DNA of 64,000 nt from Eledone cirrhosa. Taxonomy: Eukaryota. Position 1 is the stretch's first letter, and every line of letters begins with the position of its first letter. The position numbers were made by a program, and so were the translations under genes. This document shows positions 25,862 to 39,341 of the stretch, in pieces. The stretch covers positions 67,146,001-67,210,000 of the forward strand of contig OZ024741.1 in NCBI GenBank assembly GCA_964016885.1, given 5' to 3'. The notes below the pieces were generated by a model, which did not search any database, was not told the DNA's origin, and saw nothing but the letters and a program-made list of their open reading frames with translations.

Positions 25862-25995
25862 GTCGTCATCATCCATTATAACCATCACCATTATTATCAA
25901 TGCAATAATAATAAAAGTAATAATGCATAACAACAACAATAACAATTATAACAACAGCTGTAGGAATAACAACAACAACAACAACAGCAATAATA
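25309..25995. repeat. Long imperfect (CAT)n/(CAC)n/(AAC)n trinucleotide tract
   Basis: Direct reading; source of the poly-I, poly-D and poly-M ORFs. Confidence 0.95.
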
Positions 25996-26168
25996 GTAAT
26001 CTGTATTATAATAACATTACAGCTTCTTTTTATGTGTCTGTCACTCGTGAATAGTCTAAAGACAAGAGTATAAACATATAAATATATATTTACAAGGGGT
26101 TAAATGTTTTCAAATTTATCAAAAAGCTTTTGTGGTGTGTATTTTGCAAAAGGTGTTGTCGAAATGTT

Positions 26169-26250
<82 letters not shown>

Positions 26251-26514
26251 TCACACACACTCTCTCTCTATCTAACGGTTCAATTTTGATAAATACATTA
26301 TATATATATATAAGAGGGTGTTAAAGTTTTCTTGAAGCATTGTGAAATGTGTAAAATACGTAAAATTTGTAAAATACGTAAAATACGTAAAATACGTAAA
26401 ATTTTGTTTTCATCTTTGTCTCTCTCAATTTTCACTTTATCCTATTTCTCCTATCTATCATTCACTTTCTACCTCGAGATTTCCCTCTGCATTGTTGTGG
26501 CTTTCTAAACTACG

Positions 26515-26615
<101 letters not shown>

Positions 26616-26639
26616 TATATACGTATATATATGGGATAA

Positions 26640-27630
26640 CAAGTTATCGTTATAGGTAATCCAGTTAGAGGTTGTGAGTACTCTGTGTCGTGGATAGTTT
26701 TAACGTACGGCTTTGTTTGACTCGACAAGATCTTTCCATAGTTAGGTAGCGAGTTCGCGAGAATACTTATGCAGGTTATACTTGGAGCAATAATAGTGAA
26801 AGATTGAAGAATAACATGGTCGGCTGTACAACAAGGGGCTTTCTTTCAAGTATTAACAATTATTTCATTGATCAGGTGAGTCAGGGGCCGCTAATCACTC
26901 GAAGTTGCGTCACTCGATCTCCAATACAATGTTTACCTCTGATCAAATCCTCAGAATACGAAAGAACTCACATATGGCATGGTATATATAGAGATACAGC
27001 GTAGAATCAAAACAATAACATCAATAATAAAATATAATGATAAATAGGTATAAAGAAGTTAGAGATGTAAAAAGTAAGAAAATAAAGAAAATAAAGAGAT
27101 AAAAAATAAGTAAAAGCATATAAGTACAAAATACGATAGTTGATAATAGTGGTGGTGGTGAGTAAGTGTCTGTATAAGGATGTGGGGGTGGAGGTAGTAC
27201 TAAGAAGAAAATCAATATTAGATACATATATAGATACGTGTAGAGAATAGGAGGTAGTAACAAATGACAGATAAAAGAAATACTAGCATGAGACATTAGG
27301 GCTAAGGATGGATGGTGAAGGGGGTTTGATATGTGTGTGTGGTCAATGTTTTGCTGATTGTCTTCTATTAATGGTGTTGATGTGGTTTCAGGGAGAGAGG
27401 GTGAAAGAAAGGTTAGGAGAGTTATGATCTAGTGACCAGTCGGTTAATTGACAGCTAATAACGGTGTGTTGGTATGTATTGCGTACGTTAAAATCCGGGT
27501 GGTTCAGTTCGAATTTTGGGATTGCTGGGTCGAATCATGGTGGTTTGAAATTTGGGAACTTGGTAGCTATTTTGTGCCTACAGAAAATTGATCTTTCTAT
27601 TTTGCTGTTAAGCAGCATTTTATCGTACCT
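26640..27630 (-). pseudogene. Probable 3' end of a Penelope-like element (ORF C-terminus plus trailing non-coding region)
   Basis: Minus strand DKMLLNSKIERSIFCRHKIATKF resembles the PLE C-terminal LN..SE...CRH...F motif; left boundary is approximate. Confidence 0.45.
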
Positions 27631-27756
27631 GTGTAGGTGCGCGCGTGTGCGTGACTGTATATGTGCGCGGGCGAGTATGTGTGAGTTTGTGTGTGTGTGT
27701 GAGTGTGTGCGTGTGTGCGCGTGTGCTTTTGTGCTCGTGTGTGTGGGTGTGTGTGT

Positions 27757-27886
27757 ATTATTTATAGAAATGAGACAAATCGGGAATCTACGCGCACTCA
27801 CACAGACATACATCATATATATATATATGATATATGTCTGTGTGAGTGCGCGTAGATTCCCGATTTGTGTCATTTCTATAAATAAT
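27757..27886. repeat. Near-perfect palindrome with ~60-bp arms centred on (TA)n
   Basis: attatttatagaaatgagacaaatcgggaatctacgcgcactcacacagacata...tatgtctgtgtgagtgcgcgtagattcccgatttgtgtcatttctataaataat. Confidence 0.9.
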
Positions 27887-28062
27887 TGTTTCTACTTTTG
27901 GCACAAGGCCAGCAAATACCCAGTGTATTACTGGTACTTTATTTTATCGACCCCGTAAGGATGAAAGGCAAAGTTAACCTCGGCGGGATTTGAACTCAGA
28001 ATGGCAAGGGCCGTAACTCTATACGTCAAAGCATGGCGTCCGACCCTCTACCAATCCACCAA
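27882..28062 (-). mobile_element. tRNA-derived SINE
   Basis: Reverse complement of the family consensus (ggatgaaaggcaaagttaacctcggcgggatttgaactc). Confidence 0.85.
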
Positions 28063-28399
28063 TAAGAAGCAAAAAAGCAAATAACACAGTACAACGAAGA
28101 AATATATTAGTTTAACGCTTGATATAGTAGGAATATAGTCTTTACGTTCCAGACTCTAGTCCTTCATAAGCAGGTAGAACGAGAAATAGATAAATGATGA
28201 AATATATATGTATATATGGATCTCATCTTTTTCTCATTTCTATTGTTGCTTTTGTATGGATTCATTTTCTTCAGAATTATCTGTCAATCCGGCTTCTGTG
28301 TTGAAACTGTTGCCTTTTTTTAAGATAGTAAACTTTGTTTTGCTTTGTTCATATCTGAAGCTATTAAAATTCTATTATTTTTCATTAGATATTTTGTAG

Positions 28400-29320
28400 T
28401 CATACAGCGGTTATTTTAGAATTATTTTCTTGTTGCACGAAGCACCTTCTTCCCTGTGTTCTTAGCAGGTATACTCTTTCTACATCTGATCATAGGTGGT
28501 GTATTCTAAATGCAATCTCTATTTCTTTTTTGTTGTTGTTTTTCTGTTTAGTCCCTCTAGTTCGTTTGGTGTCCAGCAGAGGACATTGAAACTGCAGATT
28601 ATTACTGGAATCGCGAGAGTATTGAATCCTATTATCTTTTTCTTTGAATATAAGTCCGACTCAAGTAGTAATTCACTCCGTTTATAATATCCACTTCTAA
28701 TCCTTTCTTTTATATCTGTATTGAATTCTGTCTATTTCACTGTTTCCTAAGTATTTCCATTTCTTTTTTTGACCTAATTATCTTACCTCAAGTTCTTTAT
28801 TTATTATAATATTAGAGTTTTTCACTATTTTTCCCCTATCCAGTGTTGCCTTGGCACATTTTATAGTCCACATTTCATGTTTATTTTTTTATAAATCCAT
28901 GTACTCTCTGTAGCAGTGTTTCAAGGTTTCTGGTAATTAATCTATGCCATACTGAGCTTTTAGTTCCCTTTGTGCAGTTTTCTGATATAGCTAATGCTGA
29001 TATGACTAATAATTGATTTTTAAGGCATACATATGATATTTCCTAGTATTCTATCTGCTCTACTGGAAATAGGTTGTTTCTTCCCAAGTGCTTGGACAGT
29101 AACTGTTATATTCTTGCAGTTAGGGTCTTGTAGGTTGTAGGAAGGCATGTTATGTGTCCTATAGTTTTGGAGCATTGCAGTGTCTCGAGGATCAGGCTGG
29201 TTTTCATTTTTAGTATGCCAGACGGGCGTCATTTTTAGCTCCACCAGCAGCTCATTAAACTTTTCTGCAAGGACACCAAGTGTTTCTGTTAAATATTTCA
29301 ACCAGAATATGTGCCAGTGT
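28400..29320 (-). pseudogene. Heavily decayed R4/Dong-like RT fragment
   Basis: Minus strand FWLKYLTE..GVLAEKFNELL, QNYRT then (frameshifted) ITCLPTTYK, paralleling NFWINAF...NYRPITCLTTMYK at ~2950-3135. Confidence 0.55.
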
Positions 29321-29751
29321 CGTTCATAGCTATGGCTTTCTAAATATTTATTTATAAACGTATCTCTTTAGAAATACGAAATTCAAATTCATATGTTCGA
29401 AGCTAAATTCTAATTCTATTCTATATTAAGTTGAGCCAACTTATACAGCTTCATAATGAAATTAATCACCTTATTTATACAGACGAAAAAACGATATATT
29501 TTCGTGTATTTTCAAAGTCCGGCAGTTGCAAGAGCGGGAGAGATCGTCCCGACAAGAACCAGTTGAATTCGAAATGCATAGACCATTGACCCCCTTGCTT
29601 GTGCCGAGCACAACTGTGTGGCGTTAGTTGCAAGTGTCTTTCATAGCTATGGCTTTCTGTATTTTATTTATAAACATACCTCATTTATTTGGAAATACGA
29701 AATTCAAATACATATTTGTATACAGCTATATTCAAAGCTAAATTCTAATTC

Positions 29752-29842
<91 letters not shown>

Positions 29843-29857
29843 TACATGTATATATGT

Positions 29858-29909
<52 letters not shown>

Positions 29910-32040
29910 CACATACATACATATATATATATATATGCATATATATATACATGTGTGTGTATGTGTGTGTTTGTTGTGGGAGCGTGTGGGTGTGTAAGTG
30001 TGCATGTAATGATATATGAAACAATATTTCTCTGTAGACTATATGAACGTTCGTCTCACAAGGGTCTTCCCCATATTTTTATTTAAATGTTATGGTGAGT
30101 ATTGTTTACTTATATTTATTTTCGGAATTTAAGTTAACTGGTACACTTCGTTAGTGCTGAAGCATAAATCTCCATTAATCAATGAATATAAAGCATTTTA
30201 AGTAACAGTTGATTTTTACGAAATTCCCGAAGGCAAAAATGACGTAAGAATTATCCCAAATGAATAGTACAGAGTACATTACAATTATTAATGTATTGCA
30301 TTCTTATATATGCAAAAATAAGCGTTATAAGCGTTCTTATTGGTAGGGGTTTAGTCGAGTAAATAGGCTACAATATTTGAGTGTTACTTTATTTAAAAAG
30401 CCCGAGATGAGGAAAGGAAAAGCATAGATATCTGTGGTATTTGATCTCAGGGAATCAGATTAAGCACGATTAAATACGAATATTGATATTGTCGGGCATC
30501 TACTGTTTTAATATTAGAAGTAATATTTCTAATTTTGTCCTCAGACCAAATATTCTTGTTTGGTGATTTATATTCTTAATGAGTACGGAAAAAGAGCAGT
30601 AGTATCTACATACTTGATGTGATTTCTTGGCGTGACCACATCACGAATGAGGACATGGAAAGGGTCCGTCTGAGTAATTTTCGGGATACCATCAGATTAT
30701 GACGCTAGAATATACTTGGCCGTATAGTACGGATGTCCATGAAAAGACCAGGGAGTATCGTCATCGAATGGAGGCCAAGTGGATGGAGTAGAAAGGAAGG
30801 AAAATCCGTCAAAACCTGATTTAAAAATAGCTGGCTCAACAAGAACAGCCAAACCCACGACTCGAAAAACTATGTAATAGGCAGCATGGATGTAGTATCC
30901 TTATACCTATCTATCAACCTTTCTTGCTGTGGAGAAATGCGTGGAAATGATCAGTGAGAACGAAGTGATATTCCATCACAAATAGGGCTAAGTTCAATAT
31001 CTTGATAACAGACCTGGTAAGGGTGATGAGAAATATGTCCCGTATGTACAATCGAACAGATTTAAAGAGACACAGATAGCACTTTATCCACTGCATGGAG
31101 TTCTCTCGTTATAACCAAAAAGACAGTATCAGGGTGTACAAAGGAGCCATGGCTAAATTCAAAACCATTACAGAAAAAGATATGAATGGGATTTGCCCAA
31201 TATACAGGGGAAAATCATGGAATAGTATAGAAAATACTACGAAAAAAAAAAAATAAATAAAGACCAACACATGGTAGGACAGCCAAAAATACCAGAGTGT
31301 CATATTCGTCTATGCTACTCCCAGAGACAAACTAGCACGTCGTTTTAAAGAGCTTTAGAAAAAAATTAACCCTAGTATTAAAGTAGTAGAAAAATGAGGT
31401 GCTACCATAACAACCCTGATCAGTAGGACATACCTCTTTAGGACATACCTCTTTAGAAACTGAATAGTATGTCAGATAAGCCCTCAGATATATTGTAAAA
31501 CTATCCCTCAGATACCACTGCTTCACTGCCCTAAACACGCTGTGACATATCTCTCCCACGTGTAGCTGGACCTTCGCTTTAGATTCTCTTAGAGTTGTCT
31601 GAAATGTATAGCCTTGCACGCGCTGATGAACCATAGGCTATTCCATTTCAGTCAACAACTTCCTGGCGAAACAGATCTCTTTGGATGTGTACGCTTGTGT
31701 TATATAGTTATAGAGTTGCGTATATACATTTTAATTTATATTTTTAATTATTGTGTGTCTACCCTGCCTTCCATAGGTTATAGATTCCATACACTGGTGG
31801 TTTTCCCTGTTTTATTGCAGGCGCACTATCTCTCTCTCTCTAGTGTGTTACCTTTTCAACATATTGTATATATATATATACAAAGCATAACAATATCGGT
31901 TTCAACACACGTTTTCAGATAAGGAATCTTGCTAAACAAATTCAGAAACGAAATATATATATAACGAAGGAATTGTGGTAAGGAACCAGATGGACCATAA
32001 GGCACCAGGGTACTCAATACTTAGGGTTGTAGAGTGGGTA

Positions 32041-32159
32041 ATAGGAAAAAAGTATGACCCCGACGGCAGAGCTCAAACCGTTTCGGCGGCTATTTCTGGA
32101 CTCAGAAATAGCCGTCGAAACGGCTTGAGCTCTGCCGTCGGGGTCATACTTTTTCCTAT
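32041..32159. repeat. GC-rich near-perfect hairpin with ~57-bp arms and 4-nt loop
   Basis: ataggaaaaaagtatgaccccgacggcagagctcaaaccgtttcggcggctatttctg-gact-cagaaatagccgtcgaaacggcttgagctctgccgtcggggtcatactttttcctat. Confidence 0.92.
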
Positions 32160-32373
32160 ATATATATATAAGTATGTACACGAACATACATATATGTATA
32201 CAGACGTACAGTAGTATGTATATACATATACATACATGCACACATATATATATGTACGTATGGATTCACCGAACATTTATTATAATGCTCGGTGTGTTTG
32301 TAAACAAACATCCCGTATGAAGCCGTAGTGTCCAGCAACCATCGTTGCTCGTTTGTTCAACACTGACAAAGGA

Positions 32374-32416
32374 ACGCTATATTAGTTTCAAGCTTATTAG
32401 CTATCGTCAGCAACGT
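32374..32416 (-). ncRNA. Hammerhead motif (family A, stem III mutated)
   Basis: Reverse complement: acgttg CTGACGA tagctaataagctt GAAAC ta ATA tagcgt. Confidence 0.6.
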
Positions 32417-32577
32417 ATACCTTCCTGCCAGATTGTTGAACGTATATACTTACCTTATGCATATTATCGTTTTCGGTGCACCCGGCCGACTAACCCACTC
32501 GATATGCAAATTGGGCTACTCAGCCGTTAATATGCATAAGGTAAGTATATACGTTCAACAATCTGCCAGGAAGGTAT

Positions 32578-32620
32578 ACGTTGCTGACGAAAGCTAATAA
32601 GCTTGAAACTAGTACAGCGT
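32578..32620 (+). ncRNA. Type I hammerhead ribozyme motif (family A, intact core)
   Basis: acgttg CTGACGA aagct-aata-agctt GAAAC ta GTA cagcgt; GUA site, 5-bp stem II, 6-bp stem I with one G-U pair. Confidence 0.82.
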
Positions 32621-32882
32621 TCCTTTGTCAGTGTTGCACAAACGAGCAACGATAGTTGCTGGACACTACAGCTTAATATGGGATGTTTGTTTACAAACAC
32701 ACGGAGTATTATAATAAATGTTCGGTGAATCCATTCGTACATATATATATGTGTGCATGTATGTATATGTATATACATACTACTGTACGTCTGTATACAT
32801 ATATGTATGTACGTGTACATACTTATATTTAAGTAACAGCCGTACTAAGAGTGGGAAATGAAATTTCGTTTCATTTTTTTTC

Positions 32883-32938
<56 letters not shown>

Positions 32939-33252
32939 TTTGCCAGGTTTTTGATATGAAATCGTGTGTTGAAACAAATATTGTTATATTTGGGGAGGGT
33001 CATATTGTTATAATATTGCCAGAAATAAGAAAACACACATGTTTTGTTTCGACTAGTTTTCGCTTCTGTATCTTTCATATCTCCCAAAATATAACAACAC
33101 TCGATTTCATAACAAAAACCTTGCAAAACAAATTAATCGCCGTCACTGCAATAGCTGAAATGGTCTTGACAGACACTGATGGAGTTATAAAATATACAGG
33201 AAAAAACCAAACCAAACCAAACCAAACAGTGAATATGTTTTATTATTATTTC

Positions 33253-33680
33253 TGGGCGGTGGATTGGCAGTATCGGTAGAGGGTCGGACGCCATGCTTTG
33301 CAGCATAGAGTTACGGCCCTTTATGATCTGAGTTCAAATCCCGTCGAGGTTAACTTTGCCTTTCATCCTTACAGGGTCGAAAAAATAAAGTACCAGTCAC
33401 GCACTGGGTCGATTTAATCGACTTTCCCCTACCCCCCAAATTGCTGGCTTTGTGCATATATAAGAAACCATTATTATGTCTGGGCGGTGGAGTGGCAGTG
33501 TCGGTAGAGGGTCGGACACCATGCTTTGCAGCATACAGTTACGGCCCTTTATGGTCTGAGTTCAAATCCCACGAGGTTAATTTTGCATTTCATCCTTACG
33601 GGGTCGAAAAAATAAAGTACCAGTAATACACTGGAAAAATTGCTGGTCTTGTGCCAAAAGTAGAAACAATTATTATTTCT
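33253..33680 (+). mobile_element. Head-to-tail dimer of full-length tRNA-derived SINEs (33253-33477, 33482-33680)
   Basis: Each has gggcggtgga.tggcagt.tcggtagagggtcggac (A box) and gagttcaaatccc (B box). Confidence 0.88.
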
Positions 33681-34157
33681 GGCAATATGACCCTCACAAA
33701 ATATGACAATATATATATATATATATGATGGCTGCCCCCTCGTTACCGAGTATGGCCATTGCACGATATACCATTATTAATAATTATTAATTAATTCAAT
33801 CGTGCAATGCCTGTGCGTGAAGATATTTTTTAAAGTGCCGAAAGACTGTGCACTGAGCCAATCCCACTCTCTGAGTGACAGTAGCTATAACCCGAAAAGA
33901 AGAAAAGATCAACATAATCGGTAACTACTGAGCCGCAGGTTTTATATTGGAGTTATCCCAGTTTCCTGAGTTGCCTTCTCCTAGAAGAATGCCTGACAAA
34001 GGCTACGGGCCCTTCACTCCTAGTGGTTTAACCGCGCCATCGGGTGTCCAGCCAGACTATTTCTATGTCTCCGCGCATATACATACACATGCACCCATGT
34101 ATATACACATATACATATACATACATATGTACATGTGTATATACATATTTACACACT

Positions 34158-34350
34158 TTTGGATGGCCGTTGACTCTTATGAGTTCTTCCGCCCTTTGTC
34201 AGGTTTTGTTTTTGTCCTGCAGGGTCTCCAAAATCACCCTCCTCACCAAGTAAACTTGGTGGGGTTGCCGGTTTAGTCACCGACGAGCCGACCATGCAAC
34301 AGGTTGTACTGGGTTACATGTTACCAGTGGCACTGAAGAGTTACCTGACA
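34158..34350 (-). mobile_element. Repeat homologous to 39342-39535 (probable RTE 5' UTR segment)
   Basis: Reverse complement matches actggtaacatgta.cccagtacaacctgt...gactaaac.ggcaaccccaccaag...ttggtgaggagggtga. Confidence 0.65.
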
Positions 34351-34571
34351 TATATGTATATATATATACACATAAAAATAGAGGCTAGTAAAATCGAAGT
34401 TATGGCGGTGGCCAAGCTGACGAGATACAATGAGGTTTCTGCACTCAATAAGAGTGTATCACCTTAGAGTAATTAACATACGTTAGATAGCGTGACAAAT
34501 TGAAAACTGTGTAAGCGGGCCTAGCCATATAATACACCGAAGCAACGAAAATACAATCAGTTTAGATAAAA

Positions 34572-34625
<54 letters not shown>

Positions 34626-35041
34626 GTATATATATATATATACATTCATACATATATATACTAAGGGCCTGACAACAGTTTGCGTTTGCAAATTTCGCTT
34701 ACATTACATAAGATAACCCGAGGTTATAAATAGTAAAAACACTTACCCTAAATGTCATGTAGTTGAATTGAACCGTGCATGACACAACATTGCCTGGGGC
34801 TTTAGTATATATGTATGTATATATGTATGTATATATGTATGGACGTATGTGCTTTTCCTTCTGTTGTTTACTTGTCTCACTCGCTTTACGCGTTTCACTT
34901 GTCCCAATAGCTTATTTTAGTTATTGCTCGCACCAACCTGAGGTATCGAAATACCAATGATGGTTGGCAAATCACTGATGAGGGACTAATTTTATAATAT
35001 GTAATCCATGTGCAACCATGCAGTATTCTTCTCCCCTTGTT

Positions 35042-35077
<36 letters not shown>

Positions 35078-35502
35078 GTCTGTGCGCGTGTGTTTGAGAG
35101 CGTATACATAACCATATATAGACATAGATAGATATATTATATAATCTGACAAATAGAATGATAGCTAGGTTATATATTTACATAGGAAAACCATCAAGAT
35201 ATTTAACATCCTCGGGTAATTAAAGAAACGAAGTAGGCAAAGAATAAGTACATTATCCGCAGACCTCTCCATGTTCAAGTGGTCTACAGAATTTCTATAA
35301 TGAGGAAGCAAAAACAAGCACTCCACTTATACCGCAAACTAAACAACACAAATAGCAAATAGTAGCGCGAATAACCTCTCTTTCTTTATTTACTTCATTT
35401 TTCTTTTCTATCTTTTCTTTCTCTCTTTCCTTCGTTCTTTCTCTTTATCTTCCTCTCTCCTTCTCTCTCTCTCTCTCTGCACCCACCCTCACACACACAT
35501 AA

Positions 35503-35567
<65 letters not shown>

Positions 35568-35656
35568 CGAACACATACAAAGTCTCATACACACACATAA
35601 TACACACCCGCAGATACACACATCACACCACACACACATCATCCCCCATATATATC

Positions 35657-35754
<98 letters not shown>

Positions 35755-35849
35755 TGATTTCTCACGAATGAAACTGTTCTAGTCCTGTAGAAGCTTGTCT
35801 ATATTAAATGTATATGTATATATATATATATATATACATACATATATAT

Positions 35850-36346
<497 letters not shown>

Positions 36347-36374
36347 CATATATATATACATATATATATACATA

Positions 36375-36435
<61 letters not shown>

Positions 36436-36439
<4 letters not shown>

Positions 36440-36786
36440 GTAATCTGAGATTTTCGATTATTAATAATAATATTCGATTCGTTTGCAAACATACAAACAG
36501 TCTTTTTAAGCCATGTGTGTAGAATGAACTCGTCATTGTTGCTCTTGTGTTGGCATATAAACAGGTAAACATATACCGTACTAATGAAGGTAATCACCCA
36601 GAAACATTAGTGTCTGCAGTTCTGTTCAAGCGCCAACACAAGAGTAAGAATGTCGGGGTTATCCTACTGACATGGCTTAATGAGGCTGTTTGCATAATTG
36701 CAAACGAATAGAATATTATTATTAATATACGAAAAACTCTGATTACAGTTATTGTATTCAGCCATTTAGAGCGATAAAACTATTTG
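36436..36786. mobile_element. Hammerhead-bearing repeat family E, inverted configuration
   Basis: Imperfect ~135-bp inverted arms around gta CTAATGA a-ggt-aatc-acc-ca GAAAC attagt GTC tgc (36578-36617); homolog at 54062-54516. Confidence 0.6.
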
Positions 36787-36899
36787 TCACATATATATAT
36801 AAGTGTGTGTGGTGTGTGTGTGTGTATGTGTGTGTGTGTGTGAATTATTTATTGAGTATGTTCACATACGAGATTTCGTATCTAAGGCTTCGTGATTTG

Positions 36900-37092
36900 T
36901 TCTGTCCATTCTTCACCAGGTTTCACTTGCAATAAGTTATTTTAAGAGCCAACATTCATCACTCCCCTTTGCTTTTCATACTTCCAGAGGTTGATAAGAT
37001 AAAGTAGCTGTTAAGTACTGGAATCGTTGTAATCGGATTTCTCCTTCCCCCAAATTACTGGCCTTGTTATAGACGCTGCTAGAAACAATTAT
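36900..37092 (+). mobile_element. Old diverged SINE copy
   Basis: ctttgcttttcatacttccagaggttgataagataaagtag...ggccttg...tagaaacaattatt. Confidence 0.55.
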
Positions 37093-39341
37093 TTTCTCAA
37101 CGAAGTCTAGTATTCCATTTCAAATAATGTAATCATCCCTAGAATAAATTTACCTTAAATCTTCTAATAGACACTCTGTTCCATCATAAACATTAATTAA
37201 TACATTACATCGTCAAACATATGTACATCTAAATTGGCCTTAATATTTCAGCTCGGTTCGATATTCTGCTTGACATATATAGCGTTGCGAAATGAATATT
37301 CCTCTAAACATATAATCATAGGTGTGCTTATCTTCTGATGAAAAGGAAACTATCTTCCAAATGTATGGTAATATATTCTGCTTTATGTGTACCGAGGGAT
37401 ATCTAAATGTGCCTACACGACTTCTTTTGAAATCGAATCACACTAATTTGAAAACTGAAGAATTAATGATCTGGTGTTTGGTCACACCTTATACCTTGAA
37501 GTATTTACTTTGATGCACTGTCGATTCAGGCACTATATCACCACTATCCCTAAATCTAAGATAATGATAATTCGGTATTGGGAAAATTGCTTGAACGTTG
37601 AAGTGGCTGCAGGTCGATATATCTTCGTAAAGGGTATGAGAAACATGAAATGAACGAAAATTTCTAAGATGATGATGTGAAGACTGATCTTGTCTTAAAT
37701 TCACAAGAATTTATCTGTTAATCTAAAGTGTTTTTGGCCTTAACCATCTCCCGTTTTCTTTTTTTTAACTTAACACACAGTCACATATTTGCTAAAGAGG
37801 CTTTGTACTCCAGCTTTTAAGCAATATCTATTTTATCAACTCCGGAAGGAAGAATAGAAGATGAAACTACATTAGCATTTTAGTGAGTATATAAATGTGC
37901 TATAACTGGAATTCATTTAGTATGGCTTCCATCAGATTCTACTTCAGTACAGACGCACAAAGAGAATGCTTACTTAATTATATCGATATGATGACATATC
38001 ACTGATATAAAGAGAGCCAAGGAAGGAGACCTAACTTTTAGAAACAACAGCCAAATCCATTTCATACATAACACTATTTGAAAGGAAGGCGACATTTGAA
38101 AAAGTATTTCGAGGTAGATAGACATGGAAGAATGTAGGTTATTCGCAGATTTTTATGTATTTGATTGTAGATGTTTCGTCTGGAAGCTGGAACAGAGCTA
38201 AACAGCAGATAACAACAACAACAAAATAAACTGCAGCAGCAGAAGCATTAGTAGCAGCAGCAGCCGATATTTACCCTGGCTATTCTCTTAAAAATGTAAA
38301 TTAGACATCAATGTGTTTGCATTCGAACTGAGAATGCAGAAGATTCAAAATGTATCAGAAATTCAATAAATAATCAAAACCGAAAACAGTAAATCAATAC
38401 ACATCAATAAAAGATAGAAAATCAAACAAATCTAAGACTAGAATGGTTTCCTTTAAAATAGAAAACTGTTCCTTTATTGTTCTGTATATTTCACGGAAAT
38501 ACAAGCGAGACGCACTTCGCTTTGATAATTAATCATAATGGAATCAAAAGTCAAATTACTATTTAAACTGAAGTTTGGCTTCATTTTTTCTTTTAATTTA
38601 TAGGTTTTTTTTCTCAAAAAGAATCGGGTTGAATATAGACGCCATTTTAGGTGAATTACATAGATGAATTGTTTGTGTTAGATATCAAACATAACCTTTC
38701 CCACCTGTTTCTACACAGATGAATTGCTAGGATATTTCATCAGTGTGTATGTGCGCGCCTGTGTGTGTATGTGTATGTATGTGTGTATAAGCATGTTGTG
38801 TATAGGTTGGTGAGATTGTGATTGGGAATGAATGATTTCTTAATGCAACAGTCTGTGTGTGTATATGTTCGTGTGTATATTGTCTCGACCATCAATTTAA
38901 AGCATCAATTTCCATTAGTGAAAAGAGCAATATCGATCAAAATATGTCAAAGGGATAATTCAATCATAGATAAGTATATGTGTGTCTGTGAATGCGTGTG
39001 TGTGTGTGTGTGTGTGTTTGCGTGTGTGTGTGCGCGTGTACACATATATATATACTGTATATATGCAAATATATGTATATGTATATATTTTTGTATGTCT
39101 GTATATATAAATATATATATATATTTTTGTGTCTGTGTATTTATACATGTATGTATGTTTGTATGTATGTGTGTATATATACATGCATAGATATATATGA
39201 GTGTGCGTGTGTATTTATATATATGTATGTGTACATTTATGAATGTATGTCTTATTTTATGTATGTATGTGTACATTTATGAATGTATGTCTTATTTTAT
39301 GTATGTATGTGTACATTTATGAATGTATGTATGTATGTATA

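Larger units (their letters stand above)
32168..32880. mobile_element. Family A hammerhead repeat: inverted partial copy (32168-32467) plus full direct monomer (32467-32880)
   Basis: Arms of ~300 bp around a ~60-bp spacer; the monomer begins atcgttttcggtgc exactly as at 6891. Confidence 0.82.

Noticed and set aside
26340-26405. CRISPR-like or coding short repeat (gtaaaatac)n
   Set aside because: Simple 9-bp tandem repeat with no spacers; eukaryotic context and no cas genes
28136-28176. Further hammerhead on the minus strand (ttatgaag gac-taga-gtc tggaacgta)
   Set aside because: Both core boxes are mutated; possibly a relic but not supportable. The same applies to look-alikes near 10600-10640, 21420-21455 and 26925-26960
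30600-31690. Decayed LINE fragments on both strands
   Set aside because: Composition suggests old RTE-like debris, but motifs are too eroded to assign family or boundaries
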